Counted from the stretch's first letter, positions 36,173 through 47,467 are shown. The stretch: 64,000 bases of DNA from Sphingomonas paucimobilis (GCA_943369475.1 CALRNJ020000006.1:139630-203629), one strand, 5' to 3'. Notes: a model not told the origin generated them from the sequence alone. Translations and numbers: made by a program.

Positions 36173-36306
36173 CCCTCTCCCCTTGCGGGAGAGGGTCGAG
36201 AGACGCCGAAGGCGGCCCGGGGTGACGGGTTGCACTTGTGGCCACAGTTGAACCCCTCACCCCGCTCGGCTTCGCCGAGCCGACCCTCTCCCGCAAGGGG
36301 AGAGGG
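36173..36306. repeat. REP/BIME-like intergenic palindromic element
   Basis: Exact 23-bp inverted repeats ccctctccccttgcgggagaggg (36173-36195) and ccctctcccgcaaggggagaggg (36284-36306). Each is itself a hairpin, and inner imperfect IRs are present. Confidence 0.8.
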
Positions 36307-36319
36307 GATGGAGGAATGA

Positions 36320-37273
36320 ATGACCATCCACACCCCGATCTGTGATCTTCTCGGCGTCGAACATCCCGTGCTGCTCGCCGGCATGGGCGGTGTTTCCTAT
36401 GCTGAAGTTTGCGCTGCCGTGAGTGAAGGCGGCGGTTTCGGCTCCTTGGGCATGGCCGGCTTGCCGCCCAAGTTCATCGCCGATCAGATGGCGAAGGTGA
36501 AGGACCTCACCGACAAGCCGTTCGGCGTCGATCTGCTCACCGCCCAGCCCGAAACCCTTACCGCCAGTGTGGACGTGATCATCAAGGGCGGCGCCAAGGC
36601 CTTCATCGCTGGCCTGGGCGTGCCAGTGGCGATCATCAACGAACTGAAACAGGCTGGCATCGTCGTGATGTGCATGGCCGGCAACGTGAAGCACGCCGTG
36701 AAGGCCGCCGAAGCCGGCTGTGACGTGATCATCGCGCAAGGCACCGAAGGCGGCGGCCACACCGGCAGCGTCGCTTCGGTCGCGCTGTGGCCGCAGTGCG
36801 TGGATGCGGTCGATATTCCGGTGGTGGCGGCTGGCGGGCTGTATGATGGCCGTGGGCTCGCCGCCGCGCTGGCGTTCGGCTGCGTCGGCGTGTGGATGGG
36901 CACGCGCTTCATCGCCAGCCACGAGGCACATGCGGGCCAGAAATACAAGGAAGCCATTGTCGGCATGAGCGAAAGCGACACGGTGATTTCGAAGGTGTTC
37001 ACCGGCAAGACGCTGCGTGCCATCGTCAACGATTCGAACCGCAATTTTGACAATCGCGATGCCAAGCCGTTTGCCGCGCAGGTGATGGAATCGGTGCAGC
37101 TGAACCGCCTTGGCCCGATTGCTGGAGTGCTGGATGTCATCCCCGAAACCCAGTGTCTGGCAGCCGGGCAGGGCGGCGGCGGCATCAATGAGATCCTGCC
37201 GGCAGGAGAAATCGTGCGTCGCACCGTGGCCGAGGCGCAAAGCGCGCTGAAGAGCCTGCGGAGCTTCGGCTAA
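36320..37273 (+). CDS. Nitronate monooxygenase / FabK-like flavoenzyme
   Basis: HPVLLAGMG, KPFGVDL, AQGTEGGGH, PVVAAGGLYDGRGLAAALAFGCVGVWMGTRF. Confidence 0.88.
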   Translation: MTIHTPICDLLGVEHPVLLAGMGGVSYAEVCAAVSEGGGFGSLGMAGLPPKFIADQMAKVKDLTDKPFGVDLLTAQPETLTASVDVIIKGGAKAFIAGLGVPVAIINELKQAGIVVMCMAGNVKHAVKAAEAGCDVIIAQGTEGGGHTGSVASVALWPQCVDAVDIPVVAAGGLYDGRGLAAALAFGCVGVWMGTRFIASHEAHAGQKYKEAIVGMSESDTVISKVFTGKTLRAIVNDSNRNFDNRDAKPFAAQVMESVQLNRLGPIAGVLDVIPETQCLAAGQGGGGINEILPAGEIVRRTVAEAQSALKSLRSFG

Positions 37274-37797
37274 TGCGCGCGTCACTCATCGCTTTTGCCT
37301 TGCTGGCCACCCCAGTACTGGCCGCCGAACCGCAAGGCGGCCCTGTGTTCGCCGGTTTTGGCAAGCACACGCCGGTCGAGCACAATGTCGCCATCCCCAA
37401 GGGCATGGTGCTGCGTCACGTTTATGATGTCACCAAGGCGGCACCCGGCAAGCTGAACCCCGGCTTCGAGACGGCAGCGCGCTTCATCAACAGCCATGTG
37501 GCGAACGGCGTCGCCGAACGCGACGTGGCGGTGGCGGTGGTCGTGCACGGACCAGCCATTGCCGAGCTGATCAGGCCCGAGGTTTATTCCGCCCGCAACA
37601 ATGGCACCGCCAACGCCAGCGAAGCCATGGTCAAGGAAATGCTGGCCAAGGGCGTGCGCTTCTTGGTGTGCGGGCAGGCCGCCAATGCAATGAGCGTGAA
37701 GAGGGCTGACTTGCTTCCCGGCATCGAACTGGCCATTTCTGCCAGCAGCGCCCACGCTATCCTGCAGGCGCAAGGCTATACGTTGAACCCGTTCTGA
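37273..37797 (+). CDS. Exported DsrE-like protein, copy 1
   Basis: Signal peptide, ARFINSH, AVVVHGPA, single Cys in FLVCGQA, C-terminal QGYTLNPF. Confidence 0.72.
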   Translation: MRASLIAFALLATPVLAAEPQGGPVFAGFGKHTPVEHNVAIPKGMVLRHVYDVTKAAPGKLNPGFETAARFINSHVANGVAERDVAVAVVVHGPAIAELIRPEVYSARNNGTANASEAMVKEMLAKGVRFLVCGQAANAMSVKRADLLPGIELAISASSAHAILQAQGYTLNPF

Positions 37798-37808
37798 AAG
37801 ACCCTGTC

Positions 37809-38348
37809 ATGATCCGCGCCGTGCTGTTGACCGCTCTCCTGCTCTCCGCGCCGGCTCTGGCGCAATCGCGCGAAGGCTTTGGCCCCGGCCCGGTGCTGCC
37901 TGACGTCGGCCCGATTGCGTCTGTAGAGAGCGACCTGCCGCTTCCCAATGGCGCCAAGTTCAAGATCGCCTTCGATCTGCGCGCCAAGGCTGATGCCGGC
38001 GCGCTCAGTCGCCAGATCGAAACGGCGGCGCGCACGCTCAACATGCATGTTGCCGCGGGCGTGCCGCAAAAGGACGTGCAGATAGTGCTGATCGCTCACG
38101 GGCCAGCCGCGATGGACCTGCTGAAGCCGGAGGTGTATGCCGCCCGCAATGAGGGCAAGGCAAATGGCAGCCTGGCCGCCGTGCAGAAGCTGTTGGGCAA
38201 GGGCGTCGAAATCTATCTGTGCGGCCAGACGGCGATGGGACAGAAGATCACGAAGGCCGATCTCATCCCGGGCGTGAAAATGTCACTGTCTGCCATCACC
38301 GCACACGCGATCTATCAACAGCGCGGCTACACGCTGAACCCGTTCTAA
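37809..38348 (+). CDS. Exported DsrE-like protein, copy 2
   Basis: Signal peptide, [15 protein letters not shown], single Cys in IYLCGQT, C-terminal RGYTLNPF. Confidence 0.72.
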   Translation: MIRAVLLTALLLSAPALAQSREGFGPGPVLPDVGPIASVESDLPLPNGAKFKIAFDLRAKADAGALSRQIETAARTLNMHVAAGVPQKDVQIVLIAHGPAAMDLLKPEVYAARNEGKANGSLAAVQKLLGKGVEIYLCGQTAMGQKITKADLIPGVKMSLSAITAHAIYQQRGYTLNPF

Positions 38349-38866
38349 TACTTCAGGCTCGGCGCTCGGGCAGCGGCCTCGCCACCGTCCACTTCCGGGC
38401 TCGGAATGCCGGCATCCCCCCGTCCGCTTGCTGCCATGTGGATGGCGCGGCGGATGCGAGGATAGGTGCCGCAGCGGCACAAGTTGGTAATGGTGGCGTT
38501 GATGTCGTCATCACTGGGGTTGGGCTTGTCCTTCAGCAGCGCGGCTGCCGCCATGATCATGCCGGATTGGCAATATCCGCATTGCGGCACCTGCGCTGCG
38601 ATCCAAGCCTGTTGCAGCGGGTGGTCGCGGTTGTCGGACAGGCCTTCGATTGTGGTGACGAATGTGCCTTCCAGTTCGGCGATCGTGACTTGGCAGCTGC
38701 GCGTCGCCTTGCCGTCGACATGCACGGTGCAGGCCCCACACAGTCCCGCACCGCAACCATATTTGGTGCCAGTCAATCCCGCCGCATCGCGCAGCGCCCA
38801 CAGCAGTGGCGTGTCGGGCTGCATCAGAAATTCGACAGGATTGCCGTTGACGGTGAACTTGGTCAT
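38345..38866 (-). CDS. (2Fe-2S)-binding small subunit of the xanthine dehydrogenase/isoquinoline oxidoreductase family
   Basis: [47 protein letters not shown]. Confidence 0.92.
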   Translation of the reverse strand: MTKFTVNGNPVEFLMQPDTPLLWALRDAAGLTGTKYGCGAGLCGACTVHVDGKATRSCQVTIAELEGTFVTTIEGLSDNRDHPLQQAWIAAQVPQCGYCQSGMIMAAAALLKDKPNPSDDDINATITNLCRCGTYPRIRRAIHMAASGRGDAGIPSPEVDGGEAAARAPSLKY

Positions 38867-38895
38867 TCCTTGCCCATAGCCCGAAGGAGGCCGCC

Positions 38896-39717
38896 ATGGA
38901 ACTGAAGACCCTCGATTACAGCGTTGCTGATGGGATCGCCCGCATCACCTTGTGCCGGCCAGCCGAACTCAACACCATGAATGGCGATTTCTGGCCTGAA
39001 ATGGTCCAGGTGTTCCGCGTCATCGAGCACGACATGGCGGTGCGCTGCGTCATTATTGCATCGACCGGCAAGCATTTCACCGCCGGGCTGGACTTGAACT
39101 GGGCCGGCCAGAACGCGGCTGCCAATCACGGTGGAGATCTGGGCCGCCAGCGCGAAGCCTTCCGCCGCCATGTGAAGGAGCTGCAGTCAAGCTTCAACGT
39201 CATCGATGATTGCCGAGTGCCGGTGATCGTGGTGACGCAGGGCGGCTGTATCGGCGGAGGTGTCGATCTGGTGACGGCCTGCGATATCCGCATCTGCTCG
39301 TCTGATGCCTATTTCACCATCCAGGAGATCAATGTTGGCATTGTCGCCGATGTCGGGACGCTGCAGCGCATCCCGCATCTGCTGCCGCAGGGGCTAATCC
39401 GCGAACTGGCCTACACCGGCCGCAAGTTCTCTGCGGTAGAGGCGCTGAAGTATGGCTTTGTCAACAAGGTGGAAGATACCTTGGCTGATGCGCTGGCTGC
39501 CGCCGAGGTGATGGCGCGCGAGATTTGCGCCAAATCCCCGCTGGCGATCACCGGCATCAAGCAGGTACTGAACTATGGCCGCGATCACAGCGTTGCCGAT
39601 GGCCTTGAATATGTGGCGGTCTGGAATGCCGGCATGTTGCAGGGCGAGGACATGAAAGAGGCGGTGAAAGCGCAAATGACGCGGCAATCTGCCACCTATG
39701 CAAACCTGAAAGCCTGA
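38896..39717 (+). CDS. Crotonase/enoyl-CoA hydratase family protein
   Basis: [40 protein letters not shown]. Confidence 0.9.
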   Translation: MELKTLDYSVADGIARITLCRPAELNTMNGDFWPEMVQVFRVIEHDMAVRCVIIASTGKHFTAGLDLNWAGQNAAANHGGDLGRQREAFRRHVKELQSSFNVIDDCRVPVIVVTQGGCIGGGVDLVTACDIRICSSDAYFTIQEINVGIVADVGTLQRIPHLLPQGLIRELAYTGRKFSAVEALKYGFVNKVEDTLADALAAAEVMAREICAKSPLAITGIKQVLNYGRDHSVADGLEYVAVWNAGMLQGEDMKEAVKAQMTRQSATYANLKA

Positions 39718-39836
39718 CATCTTGGCGGGAACTGTGCGCTTTTGACCGGGGTTTCTGCTTGCCTGTTGCGCTGCAGCGCGGCATAGGAAATTCATCTTTT
39801 GGCGGCTGAGTCCGCCCGTTTCAGGCCAGGGGCAGT

Positions 39837-40787
39837 ATGCGCCGAATTATATCGATGATCGTTTCAGCCGCAGCGATGGGCGCTTCGGCTCGCAGTTTCG
39901 CACAGGATGCCGTGGCAGCTGCCCCAGTGCCACCGGTGGCGACCACCGATGTGCCCGCCGCCGTGCCGGCCTTGGTGGCGCCAACGCCCGGTATCGGCCA
40001 GCCGACTGGCGGCTGGGACTTGCAGGCCCCTGTGACCGATATCGCCGTTGAAGCCCATAACATGGTCTACAACGTGCTCAACCCGGTGATGTTCGCCGTC
40101 GCCGTGTTCGTGCTGGTGTTGCTGGCGTGGACGATGTTCCGTTATCGCGCCGCCGCCAACCCGGTGCCGTCGAAGAACAGCCACAACACCGTGATCGAAG
40201 TGATCTGGACGGTGGTGCCGGCGCTGATCCTGGTGGTTATCGCCTTCCCCAGTTTCCGCCTGCTGGCCAATCAATACGATCCGCCCAAGGCCGATATCAC
40301 CATCAAAGCTATCGGCCACCAGTGGTACTGGGAATACGCGTATCCGGATCAGGGCGGCTTCACCTTCGACTCAGTCATGTTGACCGACGAAGAAGCCGCC
40401 AAGCGCGGCACGCCCAAGCTGCTTGATGTCGATAACCGCGTGGTGGTGCCGGTCGGTGCCACGGTAAAGATCCTGACCACCGCTGCCGACGTGATCCACA
40501 GCTTTGCCATCCCGGCCTTCTATCTGAAGATGGATGCCGTGCCGGGCCGCATCAACGAAACCTGGTTCAAGACCGATCGTCCGGGCGTGTATTTTGGCCA
40601 GTGCAGCGAACTTTGCGGCACTAAACACGCCTACATGCCAATCGCCATCGAAGTGCTGCCGAAGGCGCAATTCGATGCGTGGGTTGCCGCCAAGCAGAAG
40701 GAAAACGGCATCGAGCCGCCGACGACCGCTGAAACCGCCGCCGCCGATGTTGCTGCCGCTCCTGCCGCGGTTCCGGCTGCTGAATAA
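39837..40787 (+). CDS. coxB: Cytochrome c oxidase subunit II
   Basis: HNTVIEVIWT, GHQWYWEYAY, DVIHSF, CuA motif GQCSELCGTKHAYMP. Confidence 0.97.
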   Translation: MRRIISMIVSAAAMGASARSFAQDAVAAAPVPPVATTDVPAAVPALVAPTPGIGQPTGGWDLQAPVTDIAVEAHNMVYNVLNPVMFAVAVFVLVLLAWTMFRYRAAANPVPSKNSHNTVIEVIWTVVPALILVVIAFPSFRLLANQYDPPKADITIKAIGHQWYWEYAYPDQGGFTFDSVMLTDEEAAKRGTPKLLDVDNRVVVPVGATVKILTTAADVIHSFAIPAFYLKMDAVPGRINETWFKTDRPGVYFGQCSELCGTKHAYMPIAIEVLPKAQFDAWVAAKQKENGIEPPTTAETAAADVAAAPAAVPAAE

Positions 40788-42449
<1,662 letters not shown>

Positions 42450-42498
42450 CCGGCCATCCGGGGGCAGGGCCTGCCTGCCCCCCTTCAGGCACCGCGTA

Positions 42499-43425
42499 AT
42501 GAACAATACTGCAACTGCCCAGCCCGCCACCGGGGTGCCAACACCCTTGCTGGCGGATTGGCGCGATTATTTTGCGCTGCTGAAGCCGCGTGTTATGACG
42601 CTGGTGATCTTCACTGCGGCTTGCGCCATGTTGGCAGCGCCGGGCAGCCTTCACCCGTTCCTGGCATTTACCGGCATATTGTGCATCGCAGTCGCCGCGG
42701 GCGCGGCCGGCGCACTTAATCAATGGTATGAGGCGGATATCGACGCGCTGATGAAGCGCACCGCCAAGCGGCCCCTGCCGGCCGGCAAGCTGCATAAGCC
42801 CGAGGCCCTGGCATTTGGCGTCATCCTCGGCATCGGCTCTGTGGCCATCATGGGCCTCGCGCTCAATTGGGTGGCGGCAGCTTGGCTAGCCGTGTCGATC
42901 CTGTTCTATGTCGTCGTCTACACCGCCTGGCTGAAGCGCCGCACCCCGCAGAACATCGTGATCGGCGGTGCCGCCGGCGCCTTTCCTGTGATTTGCGGAT
43001 GGGCTGCAGTTGCCGGTGAAACCCCCATGCTGGCGTGGATCCTGTTTGCCATCATCTTCCTCTGGACGCCGCCACACTTCTGGGCGCTGGCGCTGTTCAT
43101 GGAGGCCGATTACGCCAAGGCCGGTGTCCCGATGCTGCCGGTCACGCACGGGATGCAAGAAACCCGCCGACAGATCCTTGCCTATTCGGCGCTGCTGGTG
43201 CCGGTCACTATCGCACCGCCGCTGCTGGGCCTCACCGATTGGGCGTATGGTGGCACGGCGATCACGCTGGGCGTGATTTTCATGGCGATGGCGTGGAACG
43301 TCTACCGCAGCAACGCCTCGCTGGCGGTGGACATGGTGGCAGAGAAGAAACTGTTCAAGTTCAGCCTGCTTTATCTGGCCTGCCTGTTCGGTGCCTTAGT
43401 CGTTGATCGGCTGCTGCTGCCATGA
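42499..43425 (+). CDS. ctaB: Protoheme IX farnesyltransferase (heme o synthase)
   Basis: LLKPRVM, DIDALMKRTAKRPLP, LKRRTPQNIVIGG, WTPPHFWALAL. Confidence 0.95.
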   Translation: MNNTATAQPATGVPTPLLADWRDYFALLKPRVMTLVIFTAACAMLAAPGSLHPFLAFTGILCIAVAAGAAGALNQWYEADIDALMKRTAKRPLPAGKLHKPEALAFGVILGIGSVAIMGLALNWVAAAWLAVSILFYVVVYTAWLKRRTPQNIVIGGAAGAFPVICGWAAVAGETPMLAWILFAIIFLWTPPHFWALALFMEADYAKAGVPMLPVTHGMQETRRQILAYSALLVPVTIAPPLLGLTDWAYGGTAITLGVIFMAMAWNVYRSNASLAVDMVAEKKLFKFSLLYLACLFGALVVDRLLLP

Positions 43426-43601
43426 ACATTGATCCTGCCACCTGGACAGCAGACGATCGTGCCGCCTTCATGGCCCGCCGCGCTTCGCGCAACCGGGCCA
43501 TCGGCATTTTGCTGTTTGCCATGGTGGCGCTGTTTTTCGGTATCACCGTGGTAAGGATGAGCGGTCAGGTCCCGGCCGCCGTTCCGGCCACTGCGTCATG
43601 A
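43422..43601 (+). CDS. Small single-TM protein of the cox operon (CoxF-like, 59 aa)
   Basis: Translated by hand (below the track cutoff): MNIDPATWTADDRAAFMARRASRNRAIGILLFAMVALFFGITVVRMSG.... Overlaps both neighbours by ATGA. Confidence 0.75.
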   Translation: MNIDPATWTADDRAAFMARRASRNRAIGILLFAMVALFFGITVVRMSGQVPAAVPATAS

Positions 43602-44230
43602 GTGCCGCGGCTGCCAACCGCCGTGTCGGCCTGATGGCCGGCTTGATGGCTGTTGCCATGATTGGCCTCGCCTATGCGTCGGTGCCGCTCTATCGCCTAT
43701 TCTGCCAGGTCACCGGCTTTGGCGGCACCACCCAGGTGGCCGCCGCCGCGCCGACGGCCGATCAGATGAAGGCCGTCGCCGGTCGCACCATAAACGTGCG
43801 ATTCGATTCGAATTTGGCACCGGGATTGGCTTGGCGTTTCAAGCCGAAGGCCAACGAGGTCAGCATTCCGATTGGCGAGAAGCGCCTAGCCTTTTACACT
43901 GCCAGCAATACCGGCAGCACGGACATCACCGGTCGCGCCGTCTACAACGTTTCTCCGGATGTGGCCGGCCGCTATTTTATCAAGATCGATTGCTTCTGCT
44001 TCACCGAGCAGACACTGAAGGCCGGCGAGACGGTGGAGTTGCCGGTATCCTATTACATCGATCCGGCCATCATGGATGATCCGGTGGCCAGCAAGATCGA
44101 CGAAATTACGCTAAGCTACACCTTCTACCCGGTGGACAAGCCAACAGCGGCCGTTGCTGCTCTGGACAACCCAGCGCAGGTCAGGCTAAGCGCTGCGACA
44201 AATCGTAACAGTTTGAAGGACAGGGGCTGA
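43598..44230 (+). CDS. ctaG: Cytochrome c oxidase assembly protein CtaG/Cox11
   Basis: YASVPLYRLFCQVTGFGGT, KIDCFCFTEQ, ITLSYTF. Confidence 0.95.
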   Translation: MSAAAANRRVGLMAGLMAVAMIGLAYASVPLYRLFCQVTGFGGTTQVAAAAPTADQMKAVAGRTINVRFDSNLAPGLAWRFKPKANEVSIPIGEKRLAFYTASNTGSTDITGRAVYNVSPDVAGRYFIKIDCFCFTEQTLKAGETVELPVSYYIDPAIMDDPVASKIDEITLSYTFYPVDKPTAAVAALDNPAQVRLSAATNRNSLKDRG

Positions 44231-44233
44231 GCC

Positions 44234-45067
44234 ATGGCCGGAGCCAAGACCCACAGCTATCATATTCTCAATCCGTCATCGCGGCCGTTGATGATGTCGA
44301 TGGCGGTGTTGATCCTCGCCGCCGGCGCTATCGGCTGGATGCACAAGGCTGGTTGGGGCATGCCAGCCTTCTTCGCGGGCCTCGCCGCCGTTGCCGCCAT
44401 GTTCTTCCTGTGGTGGAAGGATGTCGTGCACGAAGCCAACACCGGCGATCACACACCGGTGGTGCAACTGCATCACCGTTACGGCATGATCCTGTTCATT
44501 GCATCGGAAGTGATGTTTTTTGTTGCCTGGTTCTGGGCCTATTTCAACGCAGCGCTTTATCCGTCGATGCACGAAGGCATCGAAGGCGTCTGGCCGCCCA
44601 AGGGCATCGAATTGCTCGATCCGTTCGTATTCCCGCTGCTCAATACGCTGATCCTTCTGCTTTCAGGCACCAGCGTCACCTGGGCCCATCACGCGCTGAT
44701 CCACGATGACCGCAAGGGCCTGAAGCAGGGCTTGTGGGTGACCATCGCGCTCGGCCTGATCTTCACCTGTGTGCAGGCCTACGAATATTATCACGCCGAA
44801 TATGGTATGGCCGATAGCATCTATGGTGCCGCCTTCTACATGGCGACCGGTTTTCATGGCTTTCACGTGATCGTTGGCACCATCTTCCTGATGGTTTGCT
44901 TGGCCCGCACCTACAAGGGCGATTTCACCTCACGGCAGCACTTCGGTTTTGAAGCGGCCGCTTGGTACTGGCACTTCGTTGACGTGGTGTGGCTGTTCCT
45001 GTTCATCGCCATTTATGTGTGGGGTTCGAACTTCGGCGCGGCTGTGGCACCCCACGCGTTTGCCTGA
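44234..45067 (+). CDS. ctaE: Cytochrome c oxidase subunit III
   Basis: LFIASEVMFF, WPPKGI, TGFHGFHV, AAWYWHFVDVVWLFL. Confidence 0.97.
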   Translation: MAGAKTHSYHILNPSSRPLMMSMAVLILAAGAIGWMHKAGWGMPAFFAGLAAVAAMFFLWWKDVVHEANTGDHTPVVQLHHRYGMILFIASEVMFFVAWFWAYFNAALYPSMHEGIEGVWPPKGIELLDPFVFPLLNTLILLLSGTSVTWAHHALIHDDRKGLKQGLWVTIALGLIFTCVQAYEYYHAEYGMADSIYGAAFYMATGFHGFHVIVGTIFLMVCLARTYKGDFTSRQHFGFEAAAWYWHFVDVVWLFLFIAIYVWGSNFGAAVAPHAFA

Positions 45068-45428
45068 GACACCAACAATCGGGCCCACGCCCGTCCAGGT
45101 TGCACTGAGGGGCTGCTGTCCACGCTGTGGCAGCGGCCCCTTGTACGTTGGGCTACTCAAGATCGCACCGCGCTGCTCGGCCTGCGGGCTGGATTATGGC
45201 CGTTTCAACGTTGGTGACGGTGCCGCCCCGTTCCTGATCTTCATCGTCGCCACCATCGTAATAATTGCCAGCCAATTGACCGAGGCCAAGTTGGCCCCGC
45301 CGTGGTGGGTGCATGTGATGCTGTGGGGACCGATCACACTTGGTCTGTCGCTATCTTTGATGCGGCTGGCCAAGGGGCTGCTCGTCGCACTTGAGTTTGG
45401 CAATGATGCCGGCGAAGGACAGGCGTGA
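45060..45428 (+). CDS. DUF983-like membrane protein
   Basis: GCCPRCGSGPLY...CSACGLD...GDG, two TM helices, PPWWVH. Typical position after coxC. TTG start inferred. Confidence 0.75.
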   Translation: MPETPTIGPTPVQVALRGCCPRCGSGPLYVGLLKIAPRCSACGLDYGRFNVGDGAAPFLIFIVATIVIIASQLTEAKLAPPWWVHVMLWGPITLGLSLSLMRLAKGLLVALEFGNDAGEGQA

Positions 45429-46063
45429 GCCGTCGAATCCCGATCATCCCCACCATCATCACTGCCGCCGGCATTCTGATCCTCTGCGGATTGGGCAAAT
45501 GGCAGCTGGATCGGCGCGCTTGGAAACACGATCTGATCGAACGGCTGGCAGCCGCGCCAAACCTGCCAGAGGTTACTCAGGACGAATTCCGCGCCGCCAT
45601 GATGGGCGATGCCTCAATCCAGTATCGCCGCGCCAGCATCGATTGCCGCGCCGGCGAGAAGAAGCCTTATGATCTACGCCCCGGCAGCTCTGCCGCTGGC
45701 ACCTCTGGCTTCTATGTCGTGGTCTCCTGCCTGCCCAATACCCGCTCGCCCGATATCGTGGCGGTGGCGGGCTGGACGAAGCGCGTCGACGCGAAAGACA
45801 TGGTGATCAGCCTTGATCACCAACTGACTGGCGTGGTGATCGAGCGCCCCTATGGCGACGCGCCCGACCGCCCGCGTTTCATGTTGATTCCAGATAAGGC
45901 GATCTCGCCGCTCGACCGGCCGCTGCAACCGCGCGCTACCGATCTGCCCGACAATCACCTCGCCTATGCCGGGCAATGGTTCGGCTTGGCGACTGCGCTG
46001 GCCGCCATCTACGGTCTCTATATGCGCCGGCGCGCGGTTGCGCCGGCGGCCAAGCCCGAATAA
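45425..46063 (+). CDS. SURF1/Shy1 family protein
   Basis: LGKWQLDRRAWKHDLI and DNHLAYAGQWFGLA. Confidence 0.9.
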   Translation: MSRRIPIIPTIITAAGILILCGLGKWQLDRRAWKHDLIERLAAAPNLPEVTQDEFRAAMMGDASIQYRRASIDCRAGEKKPYDLRPGSSAAGTSGFYVVVSCLPNTRSPDIVAVAGWTKRVDAKDMVISLDHQLTGVVIERPYGDAPDRPRFMLIPDKAISPLDRPLQPRATDLPDNHLAYAGQWFGLATALAAIYGLYMRRRAVAPAAKPE

Positions 46064-46075
46064 CGGGAAACTGTC

Positions 46076-47467
46076 ATGCGCTATGTCTCCACACGGGGTG
46101 CCGCCCCGATCCTTGATTTCGAAGCCGCCACGCTCGCCGGCCTGGCCAGCGACGGTGGGCTCTATCTTCCGGAAACCTGGCCGCGCTTCAGCGAAGCCGA
46201 GATGGCGGCGATGGCCGGCTTGCCTTATGTCGAAGTCGCGGTCCGCGTGTGTCAGCGCTTCACCGCAGGCTCACTTGATGAAGCCGCTCTGCGCCAGATC
46301 TTCACGACTGCCTATGGCCGTTTTGCTCACGCCGCCGTGGCGCCGCTGACGCAGCTCGACCATCGCCATTTCCTGCTCGAACTGTTCCATGGGCCAACGC
46401 TGGCGTTCAAAGATGTGGCATTGCAGGCGCTCGGCCTCGTGTTCGAGCGGTTCTTGGCCCAATCGGGCCAGCACATCACCGTAATCGGCGCGACATCGGG
46501 CGATACCGGTTCCGCCGCCATCGATGCGCTGGCCGGACGGTCAGGCGTGGAAGTCTATATGCTTCACCCGCATGGCCGAGTGAGCGAGGTGCAACGCCGG
46601 CAGATGACATCGGTGCTCGATGGCAATATCCACAACATCGCCATCGACGGCAATTTCGATGATGCTCAGGCCATCGTGAAGGCAATGTTCAACGATGCCG
46701 CTTTCGCCGCCCGCTTTCCACTGGCTGCGGTGAACAGCATCAACTGGGCGCGGTTGCTGTTCCAGGTCGTCTATTATTTCACCTCCGCCCTGTCGCTGGG
46801 CGCGCCGCAGCGTGCTGTGTCCTACGCCGTCCCCACCGGCAATTTCGGTGACGTGTTTGCCGGTTATGTCGCCGCGCAAATGGGCCTGCCTATCGAGCGC
46901 CTCGTGGTCGCCACCAACCGCAACGATATCCTGCACCGCGCGCTGACCAGTGGTGATTACAGTGCCGGCACCGTTGCCCCCACCGATGCGCCTTCGATGG
47001 ATATCCAGGTCTCCTCCAATTTCGAGCGATTGCTGTTCGACCTGTCGGGCCGCGACGGTGCCGTGCTGGCCGCCGCCATGGCCGAGTTTGAAGCGACGAA
47101 GAAGCTCGCCCTGCCTGAGGCGTGGCGCGCCAAGGCCGCCGGTCTGTTCACATCAGCCCGCGTCGACGCCGATGAAATGGCGGACACCATGCGCTGGGCG
47201 CTGGCCCACACCGGCGAGCTGCTCGATCCGCATACCGCCATCGGCCTCGCCGCTGCGCGGCGTGATGATGGCAGCGCGCCGATGGTCACGTTGGCCACCG
47301 CCCACCCGGCCAAGTTCCCCGCGGCGGTACAGGCGGCGACCGGGGTTCACCCCGATCTGCCTGTGCGCCTCGCAGATCTGCTGACGCGCACCGAGCGATA
47401 CGATGTCGCCCCGGCCAATCTGCAGGCGATTCAGGCCTATGTCGCCGAGCGTGCGAAAGCCAAATGA
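46076..47467 (+). CDS. thrC: Threonine synthase
   Basis: MRYVSTRG, GLASDGGLY, ELFHGPTLAFKD, ATSGDTG, VNSINWAR, PTGNFG, TAHPAKF. Confidence 0.97.
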   Translation: MRYVSTRGAAPILDFEAATLAGLASDGGLYLPETWPRFSEAEMAAMAGLPYVEVAVRVCQRFTAGSLDEAALRQIFTTAYGRFAHAAVAPLTQLDHRHFLLELFHGPTLAFKDVALQALGLVFERFLAQSGQHITVIGATSGDTGSAAIDALAGRSGVEVYMLHPHGRVSEVQRRQMTSVLDGNIHNIAIDGNFDDAQAIVKAMFNDAAFAARFPLAAVNSINWARLLFQVVYYFTSALSLGAPQRAVSYAVPTGNFGDVFAGYVAAQMGLPIERLVVATNRNDILHRALTSGDYSAGTVAPTDAPSMDIQVSSNFERLLFDLSGRDGAVLAAAMAEFEATKKLALPEAWRAKAAGLFTSARVDADEMADTMRWALAHTGELLDPHTAIGLAAARRDDGSAPMVTLATAHPAKFPAAVQAATGVHPDLPVRLADLLTRTERYDVAPANLQAIQAYVAERAKAK

